Of a stretch of DNA of 64,000 bases, positions 14,561 to 64,000 are shown piece by piece. Position 1 is the stretch's first letter; the number at the start of each line of letters is the position of its first letter. Location: the NCBI GenBank assembly GCA_012295275.1, contig CM022667.1, forward strand, positions 9,052,001 through 9,116,000, written 5' to 3'. The position numbers were made by a program, and so were the translations under genes. Origin of the DNA: Chrysomallon squamiferum. Lineage: Eukaryota > Animalia > Mollusca. The notes beneath the pieces were generated by a model. That model saw only the letters and a list, made by a program, of their open reading frames with translations, had not been told where the DNA came from and did not search any database.

Positions 14561-15470
14561 CTTTCTGGTTTAAAAAAAAAAAATAATAATAATAATAATA
14601 ATAATATCATCATCATCATTGTCTTCAACAACAGCAATAACAACAATAATAAGAAAACACCAGAAGCAGCAGCAGCAGCAGCAGCAGAAACAACAACAAC
14701 AGCATGAACGTATTTAAGTAAAATTAAAAGGTGGCATTAAACAAATATTCATGCACTCAAACCTCATTTGGTTGCTTTTCTCGCCATTAACAAACATTTA
14801 CTAAAATGACTGCACTGTGACTTTTATTAATTTAAACAAACACTTCAGCAGATATTTGTTGACTCAGTTATCCTAGGCACATGTCTCGTGCCAAAATTCG
14901 GAGATAATCGCGCGCACATCTGCGGTAAAACAAGTTGTTTCATTTCGTGTGTGCATCGTTATCGCAAGCCTCGGATTTACAGTGCAGACTTCGGCGTTTG
15001 GCTCGTTAACAGCATTCTTGTTTCGTCTGCAGACATTTTTCCTTTGATCAGAGAGCGTCGCCGAGGACCTGTTTGCGGTAATAAAAAGCGCCCGGGGTTA
15101 GACAATTACCGTGTTTTTCAGTGATAAACAACAGACACGCTATTACACTTTGTCAGCAGACGACAAATACATCAAATTGTTGAAAGGTGTTGTCACTTAG
15201 AGTAACTATATATAAAGGACATGTGCTACGTCATTTCTGATTTGTTTGGTTCAGTTGTCTGGACAACGCTCCCCTCCGTACCCCAAATAAAAGAAGGTTT
15301 CTGATTGGTCAACTCAAATCCCATTATAAAGGGAGGTAAATTATGACGATAATAATTGCAGAAGTGGCTTAGTATTGGTTCTCTTATTTCATTTTGTTAA
15401 ATATTTAATTGATTTGTTTGTTTTCTAGGTGTATTATTATATCTTATATCAAAATCTAAATGTACGTTAC

Positions 15471-15517
<47 letters not shown>

Positions 15518-18500
15518 AACACACACACATATGTGTATATAAATAAATAAATAAATAAATAAATAAATATATATATATATATATATATATTTATTTATTT
15601 ATTTATTTATCCATTTAATTTTTATTCTATACTTATTTATTTCATTTTGGTTATTTTTCTCTCTATTAAGAATTGTTTAAATTGTTTAATCTATTATGTT
15701 TCTTCTTCTTCTTCTTCTTCTTATTTATATGTACGTAGATATATTTGCGTGCACTTGTACTGTTATCGTCATCATCAAATCAGTGAAAACACTAGCATGT
15801 TATTTGTATTAACTTAGCCGACATCATAAGCATCAGCATTACCACAATGCCTTAGAAGAGTTGCAAAAAATAAAGCAATAAAACATTAACTGTCACAACT
15901 CCAAACCCTAATAATGCACTATACAGACATACAAGGAAAATATATGCATTTGCTGAACCATATATTAGGACCAGGCTTGAGCATGTTATGTTAATACGAA
16001 ACACCTGCTGGCTTTCGCATCAGCAGCAGAACTAAGCTAACCAGGAAGCGACATTTCGCAAGCGTTAATGTCAAGATTACACGATGCAATATGTTTGCTG
16101 TAGATAGCAGAAGTCATGATGTCATCATGGGCCATTTTTTTTTTTTTTTTACATTTTTTAATTATATTTTTATTTCGTAATTTAGAAAACATTTAATAAC
16201 GGTTTTATTATAAAATTTAAAAAGTGTGTATTCGCGTAGAGCTAAAGACAGATCGCAGAATTAAGCAACATCAACGATCCAGAAAGAACAAGGATGAAAA
16301 AAAAAAAAAAAAAAAAAAAAAAATAATAATAATAATAAATAAATAAATAAATAAATAAATAATAATTGTCTCTATGTTTGACATAGACATACGTACGTAC
16401 GTACGTGTGTAGCCTACACACAAACATTGAAAGCTAGACAGGGAATGAAAGAGTGAGAGAGATAGTCAGACAGACAGAGAGAAAGAATGAACGCATTCCA
16501 TGACTCAAACTCGAACACTCGCTCGATACATTCCACGATGTAAAAAAAAAAATAATAATAATAAAATAAAAATAATAGTAAATTACAGCTCTTAAGAAGG
16601 CATTCGTGATTAAGTCTAAAAGAATTTTATTTCGAAGAATATAACACATCCTTGTTAACTTCTTAAACTGCAAGTGAACCACATGATATCAACCAGATGT
16701 GTTTTCCATGTTAGAAGCTATGTAAACGATTTTTCTGTAATGCCTAAATTAACTTTTATCTTCGTATAATAATATTAAATCGCTAGATAGCAAGTAAAAG
16801 ATATACACTTTTAGAAACTTAAAAAAGTATCCTGATGAATGATGTAATATGCATGGCAATGTTCTGCTGAGATTAAAATAAACTGTAAATGTTTTCATCA
16901 TGTTCTTATTTTTCGTGTCTTCTTTTTCATCTTTTTTCTTTTCGTATTTTTTCTTTGTTTATTTTTCTTTTTATTTATTTATTTATTTTTTTACTACTAC
17001 TATATATTTTTTCTTTTCTTGTTATCATTGCCATCATCATATTCATCTTCAGTATTATTAGAAGCATTGTTATTATTGTTGAGATTGTTGTAGTTGTTGT
17101 TATTATTGTTATTTTTTGTATCATCATCATTATTATTACTGTGGTATTCGTTGTTGTTGTTGTTGTAGTAGCGGTATTGGTTTTGTAGTAGTAGTAGTAG
17201 TAATTATTGTTATTTCAGCAACTGTTTTAGTTGTAGCACGTACAGACACACACACACGCACATATTTGTAAAAATCATTATCTTTACTTGTACACACACA
17301 CACACAGACACACACACACACATATATTTGTAAAAATCATTACCATCATTATAAAAGAAACGACGTCATCATCATCACCATTAAAAAAAAAAAAAAAAAA
17401 AAATTAAAAAAGTTGAAAGTTAGTAGGCAATGTTCCAGGCAGAGCACATTTTAAGATACATAATGTCGGATCCGAGTAAAAGTTTCTATATTGTGCTTTC
17501 AACTTTATATCCTTGAAGCGCAGTTGTTTTTTTCCCAAGCTGTGAAGCATTAAATTGGTTTATTTTGTTCAGAGTCGGATATGGTCAATTTGCGGTTACC
17601 GAAAATAGAACTAATTATAGTAAAAAAAAAAAAAAAAAAGTCGGTTGACTAATATTAATATACCTGTTAACTGACGTAATCAATGAATGAATAAACAATG
17701 AATGAATTATTATTTACTTAACGTTAGCTAACTATCGATATTATATAGCTGTCAGGGGGAAGAAGAAGAAGAAGAAAAAGCAAAAAAAAAAAAAAAAACA
17801 ACAAATAAACCAACAAAATAATAAATAAATAAAAATAAACTATATATATATATATGCGTGTGTTTGTGTATGGTGTGTATGTGTTGGTGTGTGTGAGTGT
17901 TTGTGTGTATGTATGTTTGAGTGTTTGTGTGTGCTTTATTTTTAAATGTTAATACACTAATGAAATTAAAGAATAGAACGTTCCTGTTTCACATCATTAG
18001 CTAATCTTTTTAGTTCAGCAGCAAGATATCATTAGACGCACCTTCTCATAAACAGCTAAATGGAGGAATAGTGGTTGGAACGAATTTAGAAAATCATAAC
18101 CGGCGTAATTTCGGTACAGACTGATATATCTGTTTAACAGTTACGAAGAAACGTTATACATCACATAAATAACTGGTGTGATGCTCATATTCTACATGTT
18201 TCGACAGATTCATATAATTTTGATATATATGTCCAGAGCAGACGTCAAATAAGTAGTAGGTTTAGCTCTCACAGATCGCAAAACATATGCCAACACAGAA
18301 ATATCGTTCTCTAATTGAGATTCTCCACTCTTTCTGTATGTCTGTGTTAATTATTTTCATCTTAATTATTAGCAAACGTTGCTGAAGTTACCTTAAAATA
18401 ATCACCGTAAAGCATATATATATATAAAAAGAAGAAAAAAAAAAAAAAAAAAAAAGAAAAGAAAATATTTACGCAGCAAAATCAGTACCTTTTAAAAAGA

Positions 18501-18659
18501 AACAAAAGTAAACAATACAAGTGCATGAAAACTGCATACATTTAGTATAATACATTCTCACATTTATATTTAATACAGAGACTGGATTTATGAGTACTGT
18601 TATGATTATGTACGTTGATATTCTATATATTTAATTTAAATAATTATTTTTACTTTCAG

Positions 18660-63866
<45,207 letters not shown>

Positions 63867-64000
63867 GTACGTTCATTTCTTTGTTTATTTGTATTTCCTA
63901 CAGCTGTGATTTTCATGTGCAGAATAGCACATGAGGTTGTATTATATTGTTATTTCAATGAAATTTGTGCAGACCAAGTCTTCAAAAAAAAAAAAAAATA

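Noticed and set aside
14888-15124. GC-richer ORF MPKFGDN...
   Set aside because: No recognisable domain or splice context; more likely CpG-rich non-coding sequence.

Overview
AT-rich, microsatellite-laden animal genomic DNA. It is probably an invertebrate such as a mollusc, but that is an inference from repeat content and intron style. From 18660 to the window end, the + strand carries one large gene for a divergent inositol 1,4,5-trisphosphate receptor-like (IP3R/RyR superfamily) Ca2+-release channel. I traced 62 consecutive GT-AG exon positions with consistent phases, about 2457 codons, running from the N-terminal beta-trefoil to TM6. I could not find the first coding exon, and the C-terminal tail lies beyond the window. 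The most striking feature is the exon encoding TM5, the pore helix and the selectivity filter. It exists as two 176-nt tandem copies (59891-60066 and 61355-61530) that must be mutually exclusive. Both carry a non-canonical filter lacking the GGG motif (YGLIGD vs YGLISD). Other points: two candidate 30-nt micro-exons, about a dozen tandem duplications on or beside splice junctions (including a 9-copy acceptor array and three in-frame acceptors), a partly degenerate IP3-binding site, inverted-repeat elements, and a CpG-rich to CpG-poor shift near 20 kb. Almost all ORFs in the supplied track outside these exons are microsatellite artefacts.
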